Shown here piece after piece: positions 40,001 through 50,600 of a stretch of 64,000 nt of DNA (position 1 is the first letter of the stretch; every line of letters starts with the position of its first letter). Under the pieces are notes generated by a model. That model saw only the letters and a list, made by a program, of their open reading frames with translations. It searched no databases and was not told the DNA's origin. Where the stretch lies: the NCBI GenBank assembly GCA_024679065.1, contig JAGIQG010000007.1, positions 65,224,001-65,288,000 of the forward strand, in the 5' to 3' direction. The position numbers and the translations under genes are program-made. This DNA is from Sphyrna mokarran (Eukaryota).

Positions 40001-41390
40001 CACAAAAGGATAATAATGCTTTATTGTGTCACACTGAAGTAGTAACTTTTTGGTTTTCCAGTTTTTCAAAATCTGAACTTTTACGCATATCAGAATTGTA
40101 ATTGAACAAGCTCATTAGTTCCAGAGATAATATTGATTATAAAATGAAAATAAAAATTGAATTGACAAGAATTTCAAAAAGAGATGTTCCTTAAAGGAAA
40201 TCAATGTTATTAGATAGGATGCTAACATTTGTAGTGGGTTAATTTTATCTGTATTTAAACATATTGATTATTGTCTCATTGTTTAACATTAATTAGATAG
40301 TATGCTACCTTACTTTCATGTGTACTATCACACAAAATTACACACTGATGTTTAAATAATTGCTGCATATGTAATTTAGTCTTGGGAATAGTGATAAATA
40401 CGTTTGATTTCTTTGCTGCCACTTCATCAAACACACCATGCATACACTTAACTAGAGATCTCAGTTCATGCCTCATACTCAGCTCTTATAAGGTCCTCTG
40501 TGTTTGTCCTGTAGCCTGACCCACATACAACAGCATACCATCCATTTTTGTCTGTTTACACAAGAGATACCTCACACATTTGCCGTAAGCAGCCTTGTTC
40601 CAACTTCTACCCAGTACTCTTGCACATCGGGCACTTTACAAACATAGGTTTGATACAGCTTAAAACTAATTTGAACTATGCAGCATCATGTCAACGGGAG
40701 TAAAGTAGCCCCATAATAATTGATTCATCTTAACTGTACTTTGCCCTTCATGCTTAAACACTGCACGCACTAAAAACTCAGTCAATTGGATCTAAAGGAC
40801 ATTTTTTAAAAGTTCATTCACTTTGTAATGTAGTGGGCACTGGTAGTCAGATCACTAGTTAGAAACATTTAGCGGGCTGTTACTATATTTGCAATTAGCA
40901 AATGTGAAAAAAAATACTGAGAAAGCTGAAGTCCTTTGCCCGGAGGTTTTAAAATGTTAGAAGGCAACTATTAGCCTATCAACCGACACAGATGTAAACA
41001 TGATCATAACCTGTTCAGTCCCAATTTCTGACACAATGAAAGGAAATGAGTCGGAACTAGTTTATTGAGATCAATGCAGTTTTACTGCCACGCCACTCAG
41101 TCCTGTGAGTAAAAGTGAGGGAAAGCTGCAAAAAGCTACTGTCTGTCCATCGATCTGCCCCAACATCCCGGTCTCAATGTTCACTTACAATGCAATACGA
41201 TGCGCTTCGAAACTCATCGGTACCACCTTATTGTACCCAGCCAAAAAGAGCCAAGTGGCTGCACAAACACTGTTCTCCCTCTTCTCACACACAGACTTGC
41301 ATTAGCTTTGCATTGCGCCAGAACTCCAGGAACATTCAAACAGACACACGTGTAATCATACATGCTTTAGAGAAAACTAAAGTAAATCAC

Positions 41391-41495
41391 CTTATTGCTA
41401 TAGTATGGATCTAAGCAGGGTGAAGGTCCCAGGCAGGGAGTATCTGTGGAGATGTTAGCTGGAGGAGCAGTCTGTAGATAAAACCTCACGTCCAT
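41391..41495 (-). CDS. TOX: TOX (thymocyte selection-associated HMG box protein), coding exon 1, 35 codons
   Basis: ATG at 41495-41493 (gaaATGG) reads MDVRFYLQTAPPANISTDTPCLGPSPCLDPYYSNK, then AAG|gtgatt (phase-0 donor at 41390). It matches the vertebrate TOX N-terminus MDVRFY...PCLGPSPCLDPYY.NK as I recall it. The PCLGPSPCLDPYY block distinguishes TOX from TOX2/TOX3. Confidence 0.95.
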
Positions 41496-42100
41496 TTCAG
41501 TGAAATTTGCAGTGAACACATTCAGCAGCTCCCCTTTTTTTTCTGGTTTGTTGGTGAGAGCAGAAAGAAAGAAAGAGAGAGAGAAGAAACAGGAGAGGGA
41601 GGAGAGACACCTTCCTTGTCTCACATCCGTTTGTGGTCTACAGTAAGAGAACTCTCCAAAGAAAAAGCAGTTTTGTTAGCAGCTTGTAGTTTTCTGAGTC
41701 CAAAATAAACAGCTTTGCAGTCCAGTAACACTTGAAGAGGAAAAAAATAAGGATCAACTCAGTAAGGAAAGCGTTTCTCTTTTTCTTCACGAGAATTTCC
41801 CGACTTTACCCCCCTCCTCCTCCCCTTTACAAGAGGAGGATGTGTAGTTTTGTCAACCTTCGGCAGCCGGTGAGCTTCGCTGTGACACAGCGAGGAGAGC
41901 ACAAGAACAAGCACCAGCTCCCCACACAAAGAGAGGGGCTCCAGCCGCACCAGCACACAGTGCCAGCCAGAGGGGGCTCTCACAGGCTACAGCCACCCCC
42001 TTCCCTCGCCATCCACCACAGCCACCCCCCCCACCCTCTTACGCCCAGTAGCACTCAGCCCTCAGCTAACTCACACAAAGCCTTCCATTATCCTGCCTAA
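41496..42100 (-). promoter_or_regulatory. TOX 5' UTR and proximal promoter region
   Basis: Lies directly upstream of the TOX ATG. Pyrimidine-rich leader on the sense strand, locally higher GC/CpG, RUNX (ACCACA) and ETS (CGGATGT) motifs at 41637-41623, no recognisable repeats. The TSS cannot be placed from sequence alone. Confidence 0.7.
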
Positions 42101-42333
42101 CAAATGGTTTGTTTTGATGTGCAGAAAATGAACCATTAGACAATATGCCAGCACAATCATTCTGGGCATTATTAACACATTTCAACGTTCCCCCCCCCCT
42201 TCCCCCTTATCAACACCCAACTGAGGTAACTTATACCACACAGCAATATTCCACCTGCCCTTACCCATATTCTTATGAAAAGCTTTAGGTGTGATGTGCT
42301 GGTAGCAATTCCCCCTATACCCCATTTCGTCAT

Positions 42334-42557
42334 TCATAAAAAACCTACAGTGCAGAAGGGGGCCATTTGGCCCATTGAACCTGCACCAACAACATCCAGG
42401 CCCTGTTCCCATAACTCACATGTATTTAAAATCCGGCTAGTCCCCCAACACTAAGAGACAATTTATTATGGCCAGTCGACCTAACCTGAACATCCTTGGA
42501 CTGTAGAAGGAAACCAAAGCACCCAGAGGAAACCCATACAGAAAAGGGGGGAATATG
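42334..42557 (-). mobile_element. HE1-type V-SINE, lacking the head
   Basis: cctacagtgcagaagggggccatttggcccattga...aggaaaccaaagcacccagaggaaaccca. Confidence 0.85.
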
Positions 42558-42616
42558 TTCATTCACAAGACTACTATTTCATGTTGTTCAAACAAGTTAA
42601 ATTTGATTTATTTTTG

Positions 42617-42748
42617 TTTTCTGATGAAGAATCATTGAGTTGATTTGTTAATACTGTTTCTCCCTCTACAGATGCTGCCAGAGCACTGAAGTGTTTCCAA
42701 CTTTTTCTGTTCTTATTTCTGATTTCCAATCTCTGCAGTATTTTGCTT
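42617..42748 (+). mobile_element. Penelope-like terminal repeat with a decayed hammerhead motif
   Basis: CTGATGA at 42621-42627, then ...tgtta, ctctacagatgctgccagagcactg and tttctgatttccaatctctgcagtattttgc. Confidence 0.7.
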
Positions 42749-42964
42749 AATTTTTATCACAGCAGATTGTAGAATGCTTATTGGTGTTTTTGGGATCACA
42801 GTCCATGATTCTTATCAATTTTTTATTGGGACTATTCAGTCCACCTTGTTGTCCAACAAAGGGCTTACACGCGGTGGGTCATGCGAGGGCTGTTCTTGGA
42901 TGTTGCTTCAAGAGTTGCCAAGTGCTTTACATCATTAGTGTACACTTAAACTGGACCATCTGAC

Positions 42965-43288
42965 AGGCAACATGACAGCTCAGTGACTATCACTGTTTGC
43001 TGTACAGATACATGAATTTGGGCCAGCGTCTGCGGGAGTTTGCACATTCTCCCTGTGATTGCGTGGGTTTTCTCTGGGTGCTCCGATTTCCTCCCTCACC
43101 CCAAAAACGTGCTCTTAGGCTGATTGTAACAAATTGTCTCTAAATTAGTCTTCCCTCAATCTTCCCCAATAGGCATAGGCAAAGTTCATAGCTGGAGGAG
43201 GGCACTCACAATGTTAAAATGATGGCGTGGGCTTGTTGGGCCAAAGGGCCTGTTTCCTGTGCTATGTTGTTCTTTGTTCTCTTTGTTC
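42965..43288 (+). mobile_element. V-SINE variant with a third type of tail
   Basis: V-domain ggagtttgcacattctccctgtg...ctccgatttcctccc, a distinct middle segment, and tail gggccaaagggcctgtttcctgtgctatgttgttctttgttct. Confidence 0.75.
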
Positions 43289-43714
43289 ATTGTTTGATGG
43301 TTATTTAATAAGTCAGATTCTCATTTTTGTTGGATGGAATTTCAAGATATTCCCTTGATTTTACTGTTATTCTGGGAATTACTGTCAATTTTCAATGAAA
43401 GTGACAAATCTTGCTTATTCTTCATTCTTTCACACAGTTCAAGAGCTGGAAATAACACAAAGTGTGAACAACATTTTTGATTATGTTTCTTAGCAGTTTA
43501 CGTTGCAGATATGAATGTGATTAGAGGTGATGCTTCCTTTAGTTAAAATGGAATTGGTTAAGGGATGCACTCAGCCCAATCCAGAGTATCCTTCACCATC
43601 CTACAGCCTTCAGAACAGCGATGTTACGCAATATTGGCCCTGAAATTTGTAAAGCTTAACATTACAAATTATTTTTAACTTAAATAAGAGGAAGTAAACT
43701 TTATAATGATTTTT

Positions 43715-43950
43715 GCCCAGGGTAAGGTTTCAACCTTGCTCAGGTTTACAGGCCTTCCTCACCCAAGAGACTTGAACATATAACCTCTTCTCTGTCTAAA
43801 GGGAGGTCCTACACCCAGCACCATAGCATCCCCACAAGTAGTATAAGAAAGAAGGTCCCAAATCCACTCTAATCAGAAGAGGGATTGAATGCCATGATAT
43901 TAACACCAATCTGATCTATTAGCCAACCAGCCAACTGATCCACCCAGTCC
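43715..43950 (-). mobile_element. tRNA-derived SINE related to 23690-23872
   Basis: gggattgaatgccatgatatt...tagccaaccagccaactga head on the minus strand. Confidence 0.45.
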
Positions 43951-44395
43951 CCTAAGAAGTCTGAGTCACTGTGGCAACATACATTTTTACAATGAGTAAT
44001 GATGCTAGAGGCTGCAATTTCTTCCCATTGCTGGCTAACCTCGAATCTCTTCCACTTTTACCACCTGCCATTGGCATATATTAGAAGGATTTACAGGTTG
44101 ATACACAATCTGTTTTGGCTACATTATGAACGCATCTTCCTTGACCATCAATTCCTGGGGAGGGACTTGGACCTGGAACTTCTAGTTTCAGGACAATACC
44201 AATTGAACCATGAGATGTCCTACATTATCTGGGCTGATATTTCATTGGAGTATTGAAGAACGGTTGTTCTATCAATTATGCTATCCTTCCAATGCTTCAT
44301 TAAACTGAGACTCTTCCTGTCCTCTCAATAATGAACATCAAAAATTGCATGACTCAGGTTAAAGAAGAGGAGAGCACTCCTAGTGCCCTGCACAA

Positions 44396-44504
44396 TGTCA
44401 AAAGCTTGTGAGTTTACTATCAAATAAATCGTTTGGATTTAAACCTGATGTTGTCAGACTTCTTACTGTATTTACCCCAGTCCAACGCCGGCATCTCTGC
44501 ATCA
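44396..44504 (+). mobile_element. 109-bp Penelope terminal fragment with a 12-bp TSD
   Basis: tgccctgcacaa at 44384-44395 and 44505-44516 flanks aaaagcttgtg...caaataaa...ccccagtccaacgccggcatctctgcatca. Confidence 0.85.
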
Positions 44505-44569
44505 TGCCCTGCACAACTGTCATCCCTCAGCCAAAACTGCCGAATTAAAATGATTAGTCATTAAGCACA

Positions 44570-44954
44570 ACTTTAGGTCGTGAATTTAGTTCATGGATGT
44601 AGCCCAATCATCACACAAACCAGTCTTGCATTCATTGACTCAGCAAAGCAGCCAGCATAATTAAGGACTCCACACACTCCGGACATTCTCTCTTCCATCT
44701 TCTTCCATCAGTCTGAGGTCACATACCAACCAACTCAAGTTCAACTTCTTTCCTGCTGCTGTCAGACTTTTGAATGGACTTACTTTGTATTAAGTTGATC
44801 TTTTTCTACACTCTAGTTATGACCATAACATTACATTCTGCCCTCTCTCATTTCCTTCTCTATGAACAGTATGCTTTGTCTGTATAGCACACAAGAAACA
44901 ATACTTTTCACTGTATGTTAATACATGTGACAATAATAAATCAAATCAAATCAA
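44570..44954 (+). mobile_element. Rex1/Babar LINE 3' end
   Basis: Reverse-complement match to 30937-31300; ends caataataaatcaaatcaaatcaa. Confidence 0.9.
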
Positions 44955-45112
44955 CGCTGTTTGTGTGACCCTACTATATCCAGAACGCATTGTTTCTCAA
45001 TATTACAACAGTAATGTACCTTCTTGGTTGTGGAATCAATTGGAAAAACCCAGAAGATATGAATGCAAAATATAAATGCAGGTTCTTTATTTTTTCTTTA
45101 AATAAATACACA

Positions 45113-45810
45113 CAACATAGGAGCACAAGTAAGCCATTTGGCCCATCAAGTCTGCTCCACCATTCAAAGAGAAGGTGGTTGATCTGATATGATAATCCTC
45201 AATTCAACTTTCCCGCCTTATCCCCATAATAATTAATTTCCTTACTGATGAAAAATATGTCTATCTCAGCCTTGAACATACTTAATGACCCAGCCTCTAC
45301 AGCCCTCTGTTGTAAAGAATTTGAAGATTCATTACCTTTTGAGAGAAGAAATTCTTCCTAATCTCTGCCTTAAATGGATGACTTCTTACTCTGTGGTAAT
45401 GCCCTCTGGATCTAAACTCACCACAAGGGAAATCGACCTCTCAGTATCTATCCTGAGAATCCTATGCGTATCAAAAAAGTCACTTTTCTAAACCCCAATG
45501 AGTATAGGCCCAACTCACTCAACTTCCCATAAGAAAATCCCTCTACACATAGGATCAATCTAGTGAACTTTCTCTGGACTGCCTTCAATGCCATTATATT
45601 GTTGCTTAGGTAAAGGGACAAAATCCTTCACAGTATTCCAGGTACAGTGTAGCCCATGCCTTGTATAGTTAGAGCAAGACATTCTTATTTTTATAATCCA
45701 TTCCTTTTGAAGTAAAGCCAATATTTCATTTACTTTCCCAATTACCTGCTGAATTTGTATGCTAGCTTTTTGTGATTTATGGGTAAGAGTCCAAATCACT
45801 CTCATGCTGC
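45113..45810 (-). mobile_element. CR1-clade LINE 3' fragment
   Basis: HKSQKASIQIQQVIGKVNEILA, followed by a frameshifted L.LYKA....HLEYC block and a CR1 3' UTR/tail. Confidence 0.85.
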
Positions 45811-46069
45811 TGTTCCAAATTATGTTCATGAGCCAAGTTCAGAATTATTGAATAGGGTCAACTACAATTATACCGCATTTCTAGCACGTTGGAAAGCTCA
45901 CTGACACTCATAAAAATATATGGACATAAGAAATACCTATGAAATACATGTGTATATAACTATTTCTAGACTGCATTGACAGATGACATTGCCTTTAGAT
46001 TTTTTTTGCTACATTTACTTACTTCTCAAATAGTTCCATGAAAGAAAGATGTTATGTATTTCTTGAGAA

Positions 46070-46680
46070 TGGAAAAAAGCATTTGCATTTATATAATCCC
46101 TTTCACTGTTCCTCAGAACATTCCAAAATGCTGCACAGATTAGAAATTATTTGCCAAAGTGTAATCACCATTCTGTAGGCAAATATGGAAGACAATTTTC
46201 ACACAGCAAAGTTCACAAACAGCATAGAATCATAGAATCCCTACAATGCAGAAAGACTCCATTCAGCCCATCAAGTCTATACCGACAACAATCCCACCTA
46301 GGCCATATCTCCATAACCTGACATATTTATCCTGATAATCCCTCTAACCTATGCATCCCAAGAGACAAAGGGATAATTTAGCATGGCCAATGCACCTAAC
46401 CTATACCTCTTTGGATGGCAGGAGGAAACTGGAGCACCTGGAATAAAGCCACGCAGACATGGGGAGAATGTGCAAACTTCACACAGACATTGACCCAAGG
46501 CAGGTATTGGCCTAAATACCTGGAGCTATGAGGCAGCAGTGCTAACCACAATGCCACTGTGCCATCCTATGTGATGAATACCCCTTTAAAATATTTGAGT
46601 GTTGGGTTTAACATCCCAACTAAAAGACAGAATCTCTGATAAAGTAGTACTTTGCTATCGCTGTACTAACATGTCAGTAA
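46070..46680 (-). mobile_element. Deu-domain SINE interrupted by an HE1 SINE
   Basis: ttgcatttatataatcccttt...cacaaacagca [HE1] atgtgatg...ggtttaacatcccaactaaaagacag. Confidence 0.6.
46224..46566 (-). mobile_element. HE1-type V-SINE, full length
   Basis: Runs from the tail atagaatcatagaatccctaca to the head aggcagcagtgctaaccacaatgccactgtgcc. Confidence 0.9.
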
Positions 46681-46719
46681 TTATGCTGCACCTTCTCCCA
46701 CCCTGCTTAAATCCAACTT

Positions 46720-46977
46720 CTATATCCTTGGATTTCTTTCTCCTAACCTCCCTTTAGATGCACTACTCTAGTCACCTCAGTCAATTCCTGTAGCAGCAAG
46801 TTCCACTCACTAAATATTCTCTGAGTAAAGAAGATTTTCCTAATTTTCCTGTTAAGTCCATTGGTGACAATGTTATATTTATGGCCCCAATTTGATTCCG
46901 CGCCGTCCCCATTAGGTTGCTAAATCCATCTTATGAAACCCTTTCACAATCTCAAATACTTCCATCAGGACACCTCT
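46720..46977 (-). mobile_element. Old CR1 fragment
   Basis: cctgtagcagcaagttccac...ctctgagtaaagaag...tttatggcccc...ttccatcaggacacctct. Confidence 0.55.
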
Positions 46978-47167
46978 TTTGAGTCTGAGATCTAGAGTTC
47001 ATAATAATCATTCTGTGATGTTTTTATAAGCACATTTGAAGGGCTATTTGGCAATGGCAGCATATAACTCAACCATTTAAGTGTGAAGATTCAGATCTGC
47101 TAACAGTCAAGAATAACAGTAAAGTTGTGAGAACATACATGATTCATTAACTAAGCTCAAATATATC

Positions 47168-47310
47168 TGGGCTAGGGAAAAATAATCCACCAAGCTTCCC
47201 AGTCTTATCATCCAATTGCCCCTACTGAAGTATCCATATGTATTTGGATTTTAGGTGCGAGCAAAATCAGGCTTAGCTGTGATTTTTAGCATGTTAAGAA
47301 GTCCACTAAC
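47168..47310 (+). mobile_element. AmnSINE2-like fragment
   Basis: ctgggctagggaaaaataatc...ttcccagtc...atccaattgcccctactg...aatcaggcttagctgtgat. Confidence 0.5.
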
Positions 47311-47321
47311 ACACAAGAAAG

Positions 47322-47590
47322 CAAGAACAAAAAAAGAACGAACTACAGTACAGAACAGGTTCAAGCCCTTCAACCCACCAAGTCTGTGCCAACATGGATG
47401 CCGCTCTAATGTTTTCTTGCCTCTAATATATAAGAATATAAGAAATAGGAGAGTAGTCTACATAGCCCTTTGCGACTAGTCAACCAAACTCAATTTCACA
47501 TCCCACCCACATCCCCTGACTGATTTTTCACTGTCCTCTGGAATTGAGAATTCTAAAGATTCACAAATGAAGAATGAAGAAATTTTAGTC
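47322..47590 (-). mobile_element. Two adjacent CR1-type 3' tails
   Basis: aagaacaaaaaaagaac...tacagtacagaacagg..gcccttcaacccaccaagtctgtgcc, and taagaatataagaaataggagagtag. Confidence 0.55.
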
Positions 47591-47607
47591 AACCACTGAT
47601 CCTGACT

Positions 47608-47811
47608 GCCCAAATTTTCCAACCCTTCCCACTAGCGGGATCTTCCTGTCCCTCTGAAGGTGAGCCTCTGCAGTGGGTTCCCTAGTGGCAGGGCAGGCAA
47701 GCCACGAAAAATGCCATAGTCATTGGCAGGACTGGAAGATCTCACTAGCAGCCAATCGTAAGCGATATCTGTTGCTGGAAAACCCGCACAGAGGGGCTGG
47801 AAAATCTTGCC
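47608..47811. mobile_element. ~205-bp MITE, same family as 52519-52733
   Basis: Termini gcccaaattttccaaccc / gggctggaaaatcttgcc|ta; the interior is collinear with the 52.5-kb copy. Confidence 0.7.
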
Positions 47812-48501
47812 TATTGTCTAGATTCACTTATAGAGAATGGCATCTTTGATAATTGGTCCTTGTGAAATATTCCCCACAAAGCAATCAATGTTTTCTTAGC
47901 AGGATGAATGGAGAAAAAGCTGTCAAAACAACACGATTGCACTTTTAAAAGATGCATTTAAGAATATTTACCAAATTATGTAAGGTTTTTAATTCTTTTC
48001 ATTTTATATCACTCTTGCAAGCTTTCTGCTCATCAAGACAAATTTCAATGCCTCCTCTTGTATCCATTCTTTACTAGCTAAACTTATTTCTTTCTTACCT
48101 GTCTTTTCATTCCTGTTCATATGTGCCAGTTGCATATGTTCCCATTCTCATGACGTCTGGTCTCCTGCCTTGTCAGGTTCCCTACATATGAACTAATTTC
48201 TTCATAGTGCCGAGACTCCCTGCTGCTTGATAATCCACGATGCGATATGGTCTTGTTTATTTTTGCACCTGATTCTGTCATTTTGCATACTTCATGGTTT
48301 TCCTTACATATTGAATAATCAAGTGCAGTTTAGTGGAGTACAAAGAATGGAATCATTTAAACATTGTGAATAATGAATGAAGCTCATATCTAAATAAAAT
48401 ATAAACCAATGTTATTTATTTAATGAGAATGAAAAACAATAGTAGTTACTTGTCTGTTTGCCATTACATTTACTGTAAATTGTGTCCTATTTTAAATGGT
48501 T

Positions 48502-50600
48502 AAGGGCCAATTTCCTACGTTCCTGCTGACAATGATGAGCCTGACTCGCTCATGATGCAGATTGAGGAACAGTAGGTTTGTTCCTTATTTTTTCCTTTCC
48601 ATTTGCACAAAGAATTACAGACGGTGAACCTGAAATTTCCTGATATTCATGTGACCCTTGTGTGAAGCTTTTGCAGAAGTACAAATTTAGAAGTTACCCT
48701 CATGGTGCGCACAGTTTAATTGGTTGTGTTGAAGTTGACAATCTCTGCTATCCCTTATCATTTCCATAACATAACGACAAAGCAGAACTCTGTGAGTGGA
48801 CTCAGTGCCCGCTGTAATTGTGGGATCATTTTCAAGTCATGAATCCAATTTCCTCATCGGCGACTTTGCCAGGGTTTCCCTCGCAAAGCCACAACATTAT
48901 CGTCCTGCTTCCAGGCTTCCTGCTCAATTAAGGAGGGTAGGTGGAATGATATGTCCATTTTGCTAAAGGAAGGATTTCTATTTAAAGGTGCACAAAGCCT
49001 TTGTTTTTCCGTTGAGGCTTCAGTAACTGTAGGAATAGAGAAAGGTCATTGGAAAGCTGCCCTTCAGTCTTCGCATTCTTACCTGGAGGTGTTGATGCAA
49101 GACCTGAGAGTCTTCTGTAAAGTGAACTCTCTCAATAATGAGAGGGGGAGCACAATTTCTCCAGTTAGAAAGATATGGATGGAAGTGCCCGAGAATGTCA
49201 TCAACAGAAATTTGGTCCCTCCAGTAGTGTAGTAAGAAGATCCAGGACTTCAGGAAGACAGGAAAAGTGAGTAGCTAAACACTTTCAGGTGCCAAGCCCC
49301 ATACGCTGGCTTTCCCTGTGTTCTCCTGCCCAGCACTCTTCAATGCACGTTGCAGCGCATTCCTCTCCTTTCAGCCACCTTACATCCCCATTTGAACAAC
49401 CGACACTCATACTCACTCTTGTTCTATGGCCCCCTCACGCCTATGCCTCACTGTGACTTGCAAATGGTGCTCTTGTCACAAGCCATTAGGAACACTCACA
49501 CCTCCTTGCTTTCTTTCATTGCAGGAGAAGGGAGTACCTTACTTGCCGAAAGTCAAAGATCCAGATGGGAAGAGGATAGGTTGCTCCACCAGTAAAAAGC
49601 GCATTATTGGCCACTGACAATACATGCCCACTTGGTCCACTGGTTGCCAGAATTTTGAGTTGCTTGAACCTTTTCTTGTTGATGTTCCGGCTGTCACTGT
49701 GCCTAGCTCTGGGCTGCTGTCTGCCTGGTCTTTTGCAGTGGCACCAGACCTATCTTCTCTGCCTATAATAAACCGTGAAGGAAAGGCAGGCAACACTCAA
49801 GTCATCATAGTCTTTGAGATCCCCCACTTATTATCCTGAGTACTTTTGACTGATGTGCATCAGTAACATTCTAATCTCCATCCACTCCACTGTGGTCAAC
49901 TCCATCCTTAAGGTTCGCTTCAGAGAAATCCTCTTGTTTTGACACAGCTATATTCTTGGAGATTCACATAGTGAGCCTGCAATTGGAAGCCATCACCCTG
50001 CAACTTCCCTCAATCACCATTAACCTCCCCAAATTCCTCCATCATCTGTCTTTCATCACTGGCCTCCCCTCAGTTACCATTGACACACAGAACTTGAACA
50101 TTGCTCTTCTCTACATAACCTTGATCACTCCACAATATGTTTCCACCTTTTGATTTGACCTTCTTTTTTATAGTCCAGCTTCCATTTTGTGTTCCCTACA
50201 AGACTTTGTAGAGTTGCCACCTCTCTGCCTTTCTCATTCAGCCATATTCCATTCCCATTGACTGCTGCCAAATCTCAATCATCAATGGCTCTTCTCCAGG
50301 AGTTGAACATAGCCCTATAGGGAGGGAAAGGCAGCTTCTACGCGTTCCGAATCCACCGGGAAGATTGTCTCACCTACTCACACCACATTAAAGCTGTCAT
50401 GAATCTGAAGGCATATATCTCTTGTTCATTGATTACTTAATTTGCATAAATTTCACTTAATTTTGGTGAAATTGCCTTTTAATGAGCATACATGACATGC
50501 AAATGTATTATAAAGAGGTACCTGACACTTGCTTCAACCAGCTGTCAATCCGCCACCAACATAACATTGTAGTCTCATCCTGCCATGAGAAAGCTGACCT
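48502..50600 (+). mobile_element. Degenerate PIF/Harbinger-type element with a Myb/SANT-like ORF remnant
   Basis: 49060-49266 encodes SHSYLEVLMQ...VRKIWMEVPENVINRN...KIQDFRKTGK (frameshifted), resembling the Myb/SANT DNA-binding protein of Harbinger elements. Candidate intron 49267-49524. The element's ends are poorly defined. Confidence 0.55.

Larger units (their letters stand above)
1..41390 (-). other. TOX intron 1 (partial, runs past the window start)
   Basis: Starts at the GT donor at 41390. By eye I found no AG-flanked segment encoding the expected exon 2 start (FDGENMY-like) on the minus strand. Vertebrate TOX intron 1 is known to be very long. Confidence 0.8.
44230..45097 (+). mobile_element. 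Old Deu-domain SINE interrupted by Penelope and Rex1/Babar inserts
   Basis: gggctgatatttcattggagtattga...aagaagaggagagcactcc..catccctcagccaa..tagtcatta | gctgtttgtg...tattacaacagt...tataaatgcaggttc. Confidence 0.65.

Noticed and set aside
41367-41624. 85-aa ORF taken as a complete protein
   Set aside because: It starts at a GTG in the 5' UTR and runs through the splice donor. Only 41495-41391 matches TOX.
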